DNA of 64,000 nucleotides from Ignavibacteriales bacterium (GTDB taxonomy: Bacteria > Bacteroidota > Ignavibacteria > Ignavibacteriales > Ignavibacteriaceae), in assembly GCA_016707115.1 (NCBI GenBank), contig JADJIH010000001.1:751102-815101 (forward strand), read 5' to 3'. The notes under the pieces are model-generated. The model made no database searches and was not told where the DNA came from. It saw only the letters and a list, made by a program, of their open reading frames with translations. Each line of letters begins with the position of its first letter. The first letter of the stretch is position 1. A program made the translations under genes and the position numbers. Positions 45,624-55,686 of the stretch are shown one piece after another.

Positions 45624-46991
45624 TTATAACTCCATTATCTCAATAATTGGATTAACTAATTTTTTTGAAATAAGAGCCGGCCAATAAGCAACAACTTCAC
45701 TCGGTTTTGGTCGACCACCTGCAAATCCTGTTACAGCAGGGGGGCCAGTTAGTATAAGCGGAGCAATCTCTTTACCAAATCTTTCTACAGATTTATAATC
45801 ATGAGATCGGACTGCAACTCTTAGCATTATTTCATTAATATCATTTTCATTAAGTTCTTTAGCCAACGGTCCGTGAGTAGAATTATAACCAACAAATTCT
45901 GTTCTGATTTCATCAAATTGCAAAAGAAGATTCGCTAATCTCTTTCGCAGAATTTCATCCGCAACTCTTGCTTTTGTAAGAGCTTGAGGCCAGGAATATG
46001 TTAAAGTAGATACCGCACTAAATCCATCAGAATATGAACATGAAACCTTATAAAATTTTGTTTCGGAAAAACCTTTTACATCATACATTTTCACTCGATC
46101 ATTTCCCAAATCCTCAAGTTTTATTGATGTAAAATCTGCGACACAGTCTGGCGTTATATAACTTTTGGGATCGCCAATTTCATAAAGCAATTGTTCCGCA
46201 ACCGTTTCAAATGAAACTCTGCCCCCTGTATTTTGATGCTTCGTAATTATAACATCACCATTTGGGTAGGCTTCCGCTATTGGAAAACCTATCTCAGCCA
46301 TATTGGGAATAGCTTGCCAATCACCTAAAAAATTACCTCCACTGGATTGTGCGCCGCATTCTAAAATATGTCCTGCTACTGTTCCTGCTGACAACAGATT
46401 GTAATCAGTATTCCTCCACCCAAATTCATAAATCATCGGTGCAAGAGTTAATCCAGTGTCTGTTGTTCTTCCTGTAATTATAATATCAGCTCCCTTTTGA
46501 AGAGCCTCTACAATTGGAAAAGCCCCAAAGTATACATTTGCACTTAGAATTTTGTCTGACACAGTACAAATTGGCTCATCTGTTTCCATATTATTTAAAG
46601 GAGCACCATTTTTCACTAATTCATCTATCTGATCCTTTATATCATCACCAAGTACTACACCTATTTTTAAATTTTTTATATCAAGTTCCTTTGCAACTTT
46701 CATTACCGCTTTTGCACATGCAACTGGATTTACACCTCCGCCGTTTGTAATAACTTTAATATTTTTTGAAGTAATAATTGGAAGGATTCGTCTCATTAGT
46801 TCAGGAATATCTTTTGCATAACCAAGTTCAGGATTTTTATTTTTCTGTTTTTGAAGTATAGACATTGTAACTTCGGCAAGATAATCCATTACTAGATAAT
46901 CAATATCACCTTTTGTAACCTGATGATATGGAGCATCAATCAAATCACCCCAAAACCCTTGGCCGGATGCAATTTTAATTTTTTCTTTCAT
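45624..46991 (-). CDS. DUF1446 / AtuA-family (acyclic terpene utilisation-like) protein
   Basis: It is 455 aa. Blocks are IASGQGFWGD, DYLVMDYLAEVTMSIL and ITGRTTDTGL. A 1-nt gap separates it from the DUF4387-like gene. Confidence 0.65.
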   Translation of the reverse strand: MKEKIKIASGQGFWGDLIDAPYHQVTKGDIDYLVMDYLAEVTMSILQKQKNKNPELGYAKDIPELMRRILPIITSKNIKVITNGGGVNPVACAKAVMKVAKELDIKNLKIGVVLGDDIKDQIDELVKNGAPLNNMETDEPICTVSDKILSANVYFGAFPIVEALQKGADIIITGRTTDTGLTLAPMIYEFGWRNTDYNLLSAGTVAGHILECGAQSSGGNFLGDWQAIPNMAEIGFPIAEAYPNGDVIITKHQNTGGRVSFETVAEQLLYEIGDPKSYITPDCVADFTSIKLEDLGNDRVKMYDVKGFSETKFYKVSCSYSDGFSAVSTLTYSWPQALTKARVADEILRKRLANLLLQFDEIRTEFVGYNSTHGPLAKELNENDINEIMLRVAVRSHDYKSVERFGKEIAPLILTGPPAVTGFAGGRPKPSEVVAYWPALISKKLVNPIIEIMEL

Positions 46992-47904
46992 TTATTTCCT
47001 TTGCAATTTTATCTGCAAGATTTACTAAATCAATTTCCGAATTTATATCATACCACTTAATTCTTTTATCCGCGTTAAACCAAGTCATTTGTCGTTTTGC
47101 ATAGCGCCTTGTGTTTCGTTTAATCAATTCAATAGCACGATCTATGGAAATTTCACCATCTAAATATTGAATTATTTCTTTATATCCAACAGTGTTTAAC
47201 GAATTAGAATCCTTAGCATAACCTAATTTTATAATAGATGAAACCTCATCAACCAACCCTTCTTTCAACATACTATCAACCCTTGTTTCGATATTCTTGT
47301 AGAGTATTTTTCTATCCCACATTAACCCTATCTGGCGAAAATTGAAACTTGCAAAATGAGACTGGCTTATATGGTGTTGCCAAATTGGTTTTCCAGTTAA
47401 TCTAAAAACCTCTAATGCCCTCATAACACGTTTCCAATTTTGCGGAAGCATTTTTTCAGAACTCACCTTGTCAATTTTCTTGAGTTCATTATAGAGATAA
47501 TCGTTTCCATACTTTTGTCTTAATTCCAAAAGTTCTTCACGTAATTCATTATCTGTATCGGCTGACTCACTTATTCCGTCTATCAAAGCTTTTATATATA
47601 GACCGGAACCACCAACGACTATTGGAATTTTTTTATGTGAATGCAAAATTTTAATGATTAGTACTGCTTTTTCAGCAAACATGCTTGCATTAAAAACTGA
47701 ATCAGGATTTAATTCACTAATAAAATGATGTTTTGTCTTTTCTAACTGATCTGCAGATGGTTTTGCCGTTCCTACACTCAATAATTTGAAGACCTGTCTG
47801 CTATCTGCAGAAATAATTTCTGCATTTAATCTTTCTGATAATAGCAAACTTAATTTTGTTTTACCAGAGCAAGTCGGTCCAACAATTACAATTACTTCTT
47901 CCAA
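46975..47904 (-). CDS. miaA: tRNA dimethylallyltransferase
   Basis: P-loop GPTCSGKT, ADSRQVF, GGSGLY, and the YAKRQMTWF block. Confidence 0.9.
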   Translation of the reverse strand: MEEVIVIVGPTCSGKTKLSLLLSERLNAEIISADSRQVFKLLSVGTAKPSADQLEKTKHHFISELNPDSVFNASMFAEKAVLIIKILHSHKKIPIVVGGSGLYIKALIDGISESADTDNELREELLELRQKYGNDYLYNELKKIDKVSSEKMLPQNWKRVMRALEVFRLTGKPIWQHHISQSHFASFNFRQIGLMWDRKILYKNIETRVDSMLKEGLVDEVSSIIKLGYAKDSNSLNTVGYKEIIQYLDGEISIDRAIELIKRNTRRYAKRQMTWFNADKRIKWYDINSEIDLVNLADKIAKEINERKN

Positions 47905-48530
47905 CCTTCTCTGCCTATTAATGGAACGAACGAAAATTCTGGAATTATTTCTGAATCAAATTCAATTTCAGAAATCTTTCTTAACAGATACAATTTCTGC
48001 GATGCACGATCTCCTACTGGAATAATCATCCTGCCTCCAATGGCAAGTTGTTCTTTCAAATTTTTGGGGATGCTTGGCGAACCGGCAGTAACGATAATCC
48101 CCTCAAACGGTGAAAATTCTTTCCAGCCAATTGTGCCATCACCGTATTTAGCATGAACCCGAATTCCAAGCTTATCAAAAAGTTTTGTGGTACGATGATG
48201 GAGATCAAGATTTCTCTCAATACTGTACACATCTGCTTTCATTTCAAATAAAACTGCTGCCTGATACCCTGAACCAGTGCCAATTTCAAGGACTTTCACT
48301 CCAGGTTTTTTGATGTTCAATAACTGAGTCATAAAAGCCACTGTATAAGGCTGTGAAATTGTCTGGTCATAACCTATCGGTAATGCTACATCTTTGTAGG
48401 CCATATGATGCATTGTTCTTTCAATAAATTTTTCTCTAGGAACAATTCCAATTGCTTTGATTACAGCAAGATCTGTAATACCCTTTCTTGTTATCTCATC
48501 AACTAATTCTTCTCTTTGTACTCTAAACAT
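47892..48530 (-). CDS. pcm: protein-L-isoaspartate O-methyltransferase
   Basis: The QTISQPY block and SAM-binding VLEIGTGSGYQAAV. Confidence 0.9.
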   Translation of the reverse strand: MFRVQREELVDEITRKGITDLAVIKAIGIVPREKFIERTMHHMAYKDVALPIGYDQTISQPYTVAFMTQLLNIKKPGVKVLEIGTGSGYQAAVLFEMKADVYSIERNLDLHHRTTKLFDKLGIRVHAKYGDGTIGWKEFSPFEGIIVTAGSPSIPKNLKEQLAIGGRMIIPVGDRASQKLYLLRKISEIEFDSEIIPEFSFVPLIGREGWKK

Positions 48531-48618
48531 ATTTACTAGATTATTTTTAATTTGTTAAACAAAGATAAAATATTTTGTGTAGTATTGATAAAATTAGAAA
48601 TGAAAATGAGAGATAATT

Positions 48619-49137
48619 ATGTTTGAATCAATTTTGGGTGCCTTGTTAATAATGTTTATGCGTATTTGCGACGTATCAATTGGAACTATGAGAACCATCC
48701 TAGTTGTACAAGGAAGAAAATATCTAGCTGGTCTAGCTGGCATGATTGAAGTGCTTATTTGGGTATTTGCGATCAGGTATATTTTTCAAAACCTTGATGA
48801 AGTAATTAATCTTTTCGGTTACGCAATTGGATTTGGAATAGGAAACGTACTTGGAATAACTATAGAACAAAAAATTGGATTAGGTTTTGCTCAGCTAAAT
48901 ATTATTTCTCGCTCAGCTAGCGTAAAAATTGCAGAAACGCTTCGAAAAGAAAAATATGGTGTAACTGTTCTCCCAGCTCAAGGGGTTTCCGGAGATTTAT
49001 CATTGCTTTTACTGATTGTACCAAGAAAGAGTCAGAAAAAAGTTATCGCACTTATTGAATCTATTGATAACGAAGCTTTTATTACTGTACAACATTCTTT
49101 GCCATATCGTGGCTTCATTCATGGGGCAAGAAAATAA
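48619..49137 (+). CDS. UPF0316 / DUF2179-family membrane protein
   Basis: The R..DVS.GT.R.I.VV.G.K block, three TM segments and a C-terminal DUF2179-like domain. Confidence 0.7.
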   Translation: MFESILGALLIMFMRICDVSIGTMRTILVVQGRKYLAGLAGMIEVLIWVFAIRYIFQNLDEVINLFGYAIGFGIGNVLGITIEQKIGLGFAQLNIISRSASVKIAETLRKEKYGVTVLPAQGVSGDLSLLLLIVPRKSQKKVIALIESIDNEAFITVQHSLPYRGFIHGARK

Positions 49138-49271
49138 TTCATCAGAAGGTTGATGTTTATTTGTAAAATAGTTAATATCAATTAAAGATTTTGACAAATA
49201 TTTGTATTGACCTTTTGAACTATTTCTACTTACTTAATTTAACTTATTAACAACTAACTCAAGGAGTGATC

Positions 49272-51089
49272 ATGCGTAAAATAAGTACTGTTCTCTTTAT
49301 TCTTCTATTCACCTCTTCTTTTTTCTTTGCTCAAGAAGGTGCAAGAACTCAAATGATTGAAACCTCTTCCCCAATAATTACTGAGGGATCTATTTCAGCA
49401 CTGTTTTTAGATGATATGAATGGTGATAATACACTTGCTGGAATTCAAGCAAGAGGTTGGGTTTTTGTAAATGTTGATGGTGGTGGAACAAGTGATGTCT
49501 TTCAAGGTAACACCACTGTATTTACTGCATATGAAGGACCGACAAATGGTTACATCGGACAAAACTTCAATGGTGCAAATGGGCTGTTAATTGATCAATG
49601 GCTAATCTCTCCTCCGGTTACTGTTACTGCTGGCGATACACTTAAATTTTGGCATCGCTCACCAGATGCTAGTATTTATCCAGATCCTTTGGAAATTAAG
49701 GTCTCAACAACGGGCGGTATAACTCCCGCTTCATTCGATGTAAATCTTGCTGCTTTCAATAGTTCAACAACTGGTTGGCAGCAATTCGTTGGTAATTTTA
49801 CTACTTCTGGAACTGTTAGATTTGCTGTTAGATATTATACAACAAATGGCGGTCCTAGCGGTTCTCAGAGTGATTATGTTGGATTAGATTATTTTGAAGT
49901 TATTGCTGGTGCAGTTCCTCCTCCTCCTCCAATTTTCTTTGAAAATTTTGACGCATATACAGCCGGCAACTTAGTTGCTTGTTCAAATCCTACTTTCTGG
50001 ACAACCTGGAGTAATGCTCCTTGTGGTGCAGAAGACGCTTTAGTATCAAATGAATTCGCTTATAGTGGCACAAACTCTGCAAAAATTATTTTTAACGATG
50101 ATTTGATAAAAGATTTTGGTTTGGCTTATACTTCAGGTAAATATAAAATTAGTTTTCAGGCTTATATTCCAGCAACTAAATCTGGCTATTTTAATACTCT
50201 TGCAACTTTTGCTGGTTCAACAAGTGATTGGGGAATGGAAATATTCTTCCTCTCAACAGGAGTTTGTAGTTTAATGGCTGGCTCCACTACTGCAATAACT
50301 ACTGCAAATTGGCCAGCTAATACATGGTTCCCAGTTGAACATATCGTAGACTTGGATGCTAACCAGTCACAAATGTTTGTAAATGGTGTTTTAGTTCATA
50401 CATGGCAATGGACATTAGGAGCCACTGGCACTGGATGCCCTCTAACCCTGGATGCAAATGATTTCTTTGGTGCAACTGCTAATGATAATATGTATATAGA
50501 TGATTATCAGTTAGAAGATTTAAACGTTGTTCCTGTCGAGCTTTCCGCATTCTCTGCAAATGTTAATAATGGATCTGTAGTTCTTAATTGGACAACTGAA
50601 ACTGAATTAAACAATCAAGGATTTGAAGTTCAGAGAAGAAATACTGAAGGACAATTTGTGACAATTGGTAGTGTTCAAGGTAATGGAACAACTACTGAGA
50701 GAAAACAATATTCTTACACCGATGCTGGTATCGAAACCGGAAATTATTATTACAGACTAAAACAAATTGATTTTGGCGGCGCTTACGAATACAGCAATGA
50801 AATATTTGTTGACGTTACTGCTCCATTAGCATTTGCTTTAGATCAGAACTATCCAAACCCATTCAACCCATCAACAACAATTAATTTTTCACTTGCAGAA
50901 CCATCATTTGTAAAATTAGCTGTTTATAATTTATTGGGTGAAGAAGTTAAAGTTCTTAAGAATGAATATATGAATGCTGGTGCATTTAATGTTTCTTTCG
51001 ATGCAGCTTCACTACCAAGTGGAATGTATTTATATAAGATCGAAACTGCTCAATATTCAAGTGTTAGAAAAATGATGTTAATGAAATAA
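49272..51089 (+). CDS. secreted protein: choice-of-anchor-J-like N-domain + FN3-like module + T9SS C-terminal sorting domain
   Basis: AAGGAG lies 6 nt before the ATG at 49272. It has a signal peptide, the block GW.FVN.DGGG...F.G...F.A..G....GQNF.......DQWLISP, a PPPPP linker, and a C-terminus NYPNPFNPSTTINFSL...KMMLMK. Confidence 0.8.
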   Translation: MRKISTVLFILLFTSSFFFAQEGARTQMIETSSPIITEGSISALFLDDMNGDNTLAGIQARGWVFVNVDGGGTSDVFQGNTTVFTAYEGPTNGYIGQNFNGANGLLIDQWLISPPVTVTAGDTLKFWHRSPDASIYPDPLEIKVSTTGGITPASFDVNLAAFNSSTTGWQQFVGNFTTSGTVRFAVRYYTTNGGPSGSQSDYVGLDYFEVIAGAVPPPPPIFFENFDAYTAGNLVACSNPTFWTTWSNAPCGAEDALVSNEFAYSGTNSAKIIFNDDLIKDFGLAYTSGKYKISFQAYIPATKSGYFNTLATFAGSTSDWGMEIFFLSTGVCSLMAGSTTAITTANWPANTWFPVEHIVDLDANQSQMFVNGVLVHTWQWTLGATGTGCPLTLDANDFFGATANDNMYIDDYQLEDLNVVPVELSAFSANVNNGSVVLNWTTETELNNQGFEVQRRNTEGQFVTIGSVQGNGTTTERKQYSYTDAGIETGNYYYRLKQIDFGGAYEYSNEIFVDVTAPLAFALDQNYPNPFNPSTTINFSLAEPSFVKLAVYNLLGEEVKVLKNEYMNAGAFNVSFDAASLPSGMYLYKIETAQYSSVRKMMLMK

Positions 51090-51141
51090 TTTTCATCAAT
51101 ATTCATTTGTTATTTTAGAGCCGCATATTGCGGCTCTTTTT
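50558..51141 (+). repeat. 584-bp direct repeat, copy 1 (3' CDS + stop + terminator)
   Basis: It aligns without gaps to 52408..52991 at a constant offset of 1850 nt. I count about 12 mismatches by eye. Confidence 0.9.
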
Positions 51142-51143
51142 TA
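51117..51143 (+). terminator. rho-independent terminator
   Basis: AGAGCCGCA-tat-TGCGGCTCT followed by TTTTTT. Confidence 0.75.
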
Positions 51144-51340
51144 TTATAGCTAACTCATACTACTAAAACTTCTACTATTAAAATTTTATTAAAAAAGAAA
51201 TTTTTTATTATTATTTGAAAAATATTTTTCATACAGATATTGATTATAAAGCTTCCCAATGCTATTATTTCGTTAAATAAAAACAAATAATTTATTTATT
51301 CTTGTTTTTATCATATTAAAATATTTCACAGGAGGTTCTT

Positions 51341-52939
51341 ATGTTTAGATATATTTACCATTCTCTCGTCTTAGTAGCTTTTCTGAGTACAACAATTTTT
51401 TCTCAGATAGGTTGGCAAGAAGTTACTGCACTTCCAAACGTCGCAAATATTAATTCTATTTCTGTTGTCGATCCAAGTGTTATATGGGTTTGCTGCGACG
51501 GTGGTTCAATTTTTCGTTCAACTGATGCGGGTACAACCTGGAGTTTAAAAAATTCTGGTGTTCCTGCAGTCAATCTTTACGGAATTTCCGCAATTGATAC
51601 TAGTAATTGCTGGGTTGGTACTACCGCAGGCGCTATTTACAGGACATCAAATGGTGGAGCAAATTGGTCACTTCAAGTTAGTGTTGCAGGAAGTTTCATC
51701 AATGGTATTCATATGTTTGATCTAAACAATGGTGTTTACACCGGTGATCCATCGGGTAATGGAGTACCATATCAAAATAGATTTACAACTAATGGTGGCA
51801 CTGCGTGGACCTTAGCGTCTAACTCCCCTATAGCAAACAATGAATTTGGGGTAATTAATGCTTGGGATTGGACTGATCAAAATCATTTTTGGATTGGATC
51901 TGCAAACACAACTTCGAATTCAACAACTTGCAAAATTTATTACACAACCACCGGTTTCAATGGAACTTGGAGTTCTGCAACTGTTACAGGAACAGGTACA
52001 ACTCAGGGATTATATTTCCAAGCGATAGGAATGACTGATAATAATAATGGATTAGCTGGATCAAATAACGGAACTTTAGTAAAAACAACAGATGGTGGAA
52101 CAAGTTGGTCTGCCATTACTCCACCTGCTGGAGTAACATCATTTGCAACAATTAATATGAATGCTTTAAAAGATGGGTCAAACTTAGTAAGGGTTGTACT
52201 TAATAGTACAACATTTGGTTATAAGATTTACACTACAACCAATTACGGTGCAACTTGGAATGAAGAGATTATACCAGCCTCGGCTAGCACTTTAGGTGTT
52301 CAGCATATACAGTTTATTGATGCAAACTTAGGATTTGCTGGTGGCGGCAGTGGTGTTGTTTTGAAGTATGTAGGAGTAGTACCAGTAGAATTAACTTCAT
52401 TCTCAGGAAATGTTAATAATGGATCTGTAGTTCTAAATTGGACAACTGAAACTGAATTAAACAATCAGGGTTTTGAAGTTCAGAGAAGAAATACTGAAGG
52501 ACAATTTGTTACAATTGGTAGTGTTCAAGGTAATGGAACAACTACTGAAAGAAAACAATATTCTTACACAGATGCTGGTATCGAAACCGGAAATTATTAT
52601 TACAGATTAAAACAAATTGATTTTGGCGGCGCTTACGAATACAGTAATGAAATATTTGTTGACGTTATTGCTCCATTAGCATTTGCTTTAGATCAGAACT
52701 ATCCAAACCCATTCAACCCATCAACAACAATTAATTTTTCACTTGCAGAACCATCATTTGTAAAATTAGCTGTTTATAATTTATTGGGTGAAGAAGTAAA
52801 AGTTCTTAAGAATGAATATATGAATGCTGGTGCATTTAATGTTTCTTTCGATGCAGCTTCACTACCAAGTGGAATGTATTTATATAAGATCGAAACTGCT
52901 CAATATTCAAGTGTTAGAAAAATGATGTTAATGAAATAA
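51341..52939 (+). CDS. secreted BNR/Ycf48-like beta-propeller protein + FN3-like module + T9SS C-terminal sorting domain
   Basis: It has a signal peptide and repeated Asp-box-like motifs (STDAGTTWS, TSNGGANWS, TTNGGTAWT, TTDGGTSWS, TTNYGATWN). The C-terminal 177 aa are nearly identical to the previous gene. Confidence 0.8.
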   Translation: MFRYIYHSLVLVAFLSTTIFSQIGWQEVTALPNVANINSISVVDPSVIWVCCDGGSIFRSTDAGTTWSLKNSGVPAVNLYGISAIDTSNCWVGTTAGAIYRTSNGGANWSLQVSVAGSFINGIHMFDLNNGVYTGDPSGNGVPYQNRFTTNGGTAWTLASNSPIANNEFGVINAWDWTDQNHFWIGSANTTSNSTTCKIYYTTTGFNGTWSSATVTGTGTTQGLYFQAIGMTDNNNGLAGSNNGTLVKTTDGGTSWSAITPPAGVTSFATINMNALKDGSNLVRVVLNSTTFGYKIYTTTNYGATWNEEIIPASASTLGVQHIQFIDANLGFAGGGSGVVLKYVGVVPVELTSFSGNVNNGSVVLNWTTETELNNQGFEVQRRNTEGQFVTIGSVQGNGTTTERKQYSYTDAGIETGNYYYRLKQIDFGGAYEYSNEIFVDVIAPLAFALDQNYPNPFNPSTTINFSLAEPSFVKLAVYNLLGEEVKVLKNEYMNAGAFNVSFDAASLPSGMYLYKIETAQYSSVRKMMLMK

Positions 52940-52991
52940 TTTTCATCAATATGCATTTGTTACTTTAGAGCCGCATATTGCGGCTCTTTTT
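52408..52991 (+). repeat. 584-bp direct repeat, copy 2
   Basis: See copy 1. Confidence 0.9.
52967..52991 (+). terminator. rho-independent terminator (duplicate of 51117..51143)
   Basis: The same AGAGCCGCA-tat-TGCGGCTCT stem followed by TTTT. Confidence 0.7.
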
Positions 52992-53072
52992 GTTTCAAGA
53001 ATATTGCATAAATGAGAGCACCATATTATATTTCGCTCGTGTTTTTTAGACAATGTTCTATTGATATTGAAT

Positions 53073-53145
<73 letters not shown>

Positions 53146-53181
53146 CTAAATCCACGAAAGTGGATTTTATTTTTTAAATTT

Positions 53182-53255
53182 GGCGCTGTACCCAAGTGGC
53201 TTAAGGGGAAGGTCTGCAAAACCTTTATTCGTCGGTTCGAATCCGACCGGCGCCT
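53182..53255 (+). tRNA. tRNA-Cys (anticodon GCA)
   Basis: Acceptor GGCGCTG/CGGCGCC, discriminator U, anticodon loop CTGCAAA, T-loop GGTTCGAATCC. Confidence 0.9.
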
Positions 53256-53446
53256 CAATTTCTTAACATACCAATATTTTTTTCATTTCATTTCTCAGTA
53301 TTGTTCTTTTTTGTGACAATTTATCATTCAACTCCTCATTTGAGAATAAACCCAATCAATAAAGAGCATATTTGGCTCATTTTCTAATATTTAAGTGGCA
53401 CTAGTTTAGGATAACTGAAATAGCCAAACTATTTCAAATTGATAAT

Positions 53447-53785
53447 ATGCTTAAACTATTTCCAATATTCATTTTTTTAGTATTAGCTAGTCTCTCGACT
53501 TCTGAGATATATGCTCAACAAGGTATGGATACATCAAAAGTACTCGTTAAATTTAACGAACCGATGTCCCGCGACGGTATTTTTGATACAAATAATTACA
53601 CCCTTTATCAGGATAATGAAATACCGATTGCAATATACAAAGTTGGTGTTGTTGCTGGTGATACTGCAGTCGTTTTATATACAGAAAAATATAACCCTCA
53701 ATCATCCTACAGGCTGATCATTAATAATCTTAAGGATAAATCCGGAAACGTAATTAGTGAAAGTCACAAAATGGCATTTTATTAA
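53447..53785 (+). CDS. small secreted Ig-like (SbsA/Big_5-like) domain protein
   Basis: It has a signal peptide. The V.FNEPM....I.D..NY.L.......I....V....DTAVVLY.......SYRLII.NL.D..GN pattern is present. Confidence 0.5.
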   Translation: MLKLFPIFIFLVLASLSTSEIYAQQGMDTSKVLVKFNEPMSRDGIFDTNNYTLYQDNEIPIAIYKVGVVAGDTAVVLYTEKYNPQSSYRLIINNLKDKSGNVISESHKMAFY

Positions 53786-53876
53786 TTCTTTGTGTTTATT
53801 CTTACTTCCCTTCTTTCATCCTTACCAAAAATAATTTATTTCACTATTTTTAAGTAGTCAAACAAATCGATTAAAT

Positions 53877-54491
53877 ATGGAATATTTACTAAGTGCTATA
53901 ATAGGTTACTTATTTGGGTCAATTCCATCAGCTTATCTTATTCTTAAAAAGAAAAAAGGTATTGATATAACAAATGCTGGAACTGGAAATGTTGGGGCAA
54001 TGAATTCTTATGAAGTTACTAATTCAAAATCAATTGGACTCTTAGTTTTATTTTTAGATTTTATAAAAGCAGTTATTCCAGTGCTTATTATACTATTATT
54101 TCTTGAATCATCATTTTTAATAGCCTCGATATCAGTTCTGTTTGCTATATTCAGCCATTGTTTTAATCCTTGGCTTGGATTTAAAGGTGGAAGAGGATTA
54201 GCAACTGCTGCTGGTGGCAGCGCAATAATTTTTCCATTCTTGCTAATTGCTTGGATCCTATTTTGGGTATTAGTCTATTTGATTAAAAAAGATATTCACA
54301 TTGCAAATATTTTAGCTACAATTTTATCACTAGTTTCAGTTTTAGCATCTCCAGATTATCTAATTCAGTTTGCTTTTCCACAGCCGGTTTTAGTGAATGA
54401 ATTATTACTTTTTACTTCCGGCGGATTATTGATAATTTTCATTAAACATATTGAACCATTAAAAGAAATTATTTCAAATAAAAACAAGTAA
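53877..54491 (+). CDS. plsY: glycerol-3-phosphate acyltransferase PlsY
   Basis: GYLFGSIPSAY...K..GIDI...GTGNVGA.N, plus the FKGGRG.AT block. Confidence 0.9.
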   Translation: MEYLLSAIIGYLFGSIPSAYLILKKKKGIDITNAGTGNVGAMNSYEVTNSKSIGLLVLFLDFIKAVIPVLIILLFLESSFLIASISVLFAIFSHCFNPWLGFKGGRGLATAAGGSAIIFPFLLIAWILFWVLVYLIKKDIHIANILATILSLVSVLASPDYLIQFAFPQPVLVNELLLFTSGGLLIIFIKHIEPLKEIISNKNK

Positions 54492-54495
54492 AGCT

Positions 54496-55686
54496 ATGAT
54501 TACCAGAAAAACATTTATAATAACCATCGCTGCGTTCACTATCATTTTTATCGCATCATTCGTTTATCTCAACTCAAAAGTTCAGAATGATTTTTTCACA
54601 TCAACTAATTCTAAGAATATTTCACTTACATCGTTAGAACAGGCTAAACGATTCAATGATGAAATAACAAATTCTCGAGAAAATATTATCACAAACACTG
54701 TGCAAAAAGTTAGTCCAGCCATCGTTGGAATAAATGTAATTGAAATTAGGCAGTATAGAGATCCTTTCAGTTCTTTTTTTGATGATCCTTTTTTTAGACA
54801 ATTTTTTGGAAATAGAAGTAATTCAAGTCAGAAGGTTCAAGGATTAGGATCAGGTTATATTATCTCACCTGATGGGTACATCGTTACAAATGATCACGTT
54901 GCGGGCAATGCAACTGAAATAACTATCACAATGACTGATGGAAGCCATCACGAGGCTAAAATTATTGGATCTGATCCTGTTTCTGATATTTGTCTGCTGA
55001 AAATTGACGGTAATAATTTACCCTATGTGGAATTAGGAAGTTCAAATAATATAATAATTGGAGAATGGGTAATTGCATTGGGTAATCCTTTTGGATTATT
55101 TGAACTTAATGATAAACCAACCGTTACAGTTGGGGTTATTAGTGCAACTGGAATGAATCTCGAACCAATCAATGAGCGCTATTATTTAAATATGATACAA
55201 ACTGACGCGGCAATTAATGGCGGCAATAGCGGTGGAGCACTTGTAAATTCAATTGGACAAGTGATAGGAATGAATACTCTTATTTATACTGCCGGTGGTG
55301 TACAAGGTAACATCGGCCTCGGTTTTGCCATACCCATTGATAAAGTAAAAAAGATTATTACTGAACTTAAAGAGAATGGAAAAATTGACAGGGATTTTCA
55401 AATAGGTATGAGTATTCAATCGATTGATGCAGGCATTATGAAATATTATGATTTAAAGAGTAATAAAGGTGTAATCATAACGAAGATATTGCCAAATACA
55501 CCTGCCGATAATGCTGGATTGAAAAGTGGAGATATAATTACCGAAATTGATGGGTATAAGATAAGTAATGAACAAACTATCTTTGGGGTTTTTCAGGAAT
55601 TCAGAGCTGAGCAGCAGATTGAAATAAAAATAATTCGGGATAATTCTGAATTAACAAAAAAAATGAAATTGGAGAGAAATAAATGA
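54496..55686 (+). CDS. htrA: HtrA/DegP-family serine protease with one PDZ domain
   Basis: N-terminal TM segment, TNDHV (His), the D in SDICLLKI, GNSGGALVN (Ser) and the PDZ block PADNAGLKSGDIITEIDG. Confidence 0.9.
   Translation: MITRKTFIITIAAFTIIFIASFVYLNSKVQNDFFTSTNSKNISLTSLEQAKRFNDEITNSRENIITNTVQKVSPAIVGINVIEIRQYRDPFSSFFDDPFFRQFFGNRSNSSQKVQGLGSGYIISPDGYIVTNDHVAGNATEITITMTDGSHHEAKIIGSDPVSDICLLKIDGNNLPYVELGSSNNIIIGEWVIALGNPFGLFELNDKPTVTVGVISATGMNLEPINERYYLNMIQTDAAINGGNSGGALVNSIGQVIGMNTLIYTAGGVQGNIGLGFAIPIDKVKKIITELKENGKIDRDFQIGMSIQSIDAGIMKYYDLKSNKGVIITKILPNTPADNAGLKSGDIITEIDGYKISNEQTIFGVFQEFRAEQQIEIKIIRDNSELTKKMKLERNK

Noticed and set aside
49917-49931. (CCT)4CCA trinucleotide repeat
   Set aside because: It is in frame and encodes a PPPPP inter-domain linker. 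It is too short to treat as a contingency locus.
53256-53446. Possible mobile-element integration downstream of tRNA-Cys
   Set aside because: There is no integrase and no direct repeat of the tRNA 3' end. The following genes (Ig-like ORF, plsY, htrA, purB) are ordinary core genes.
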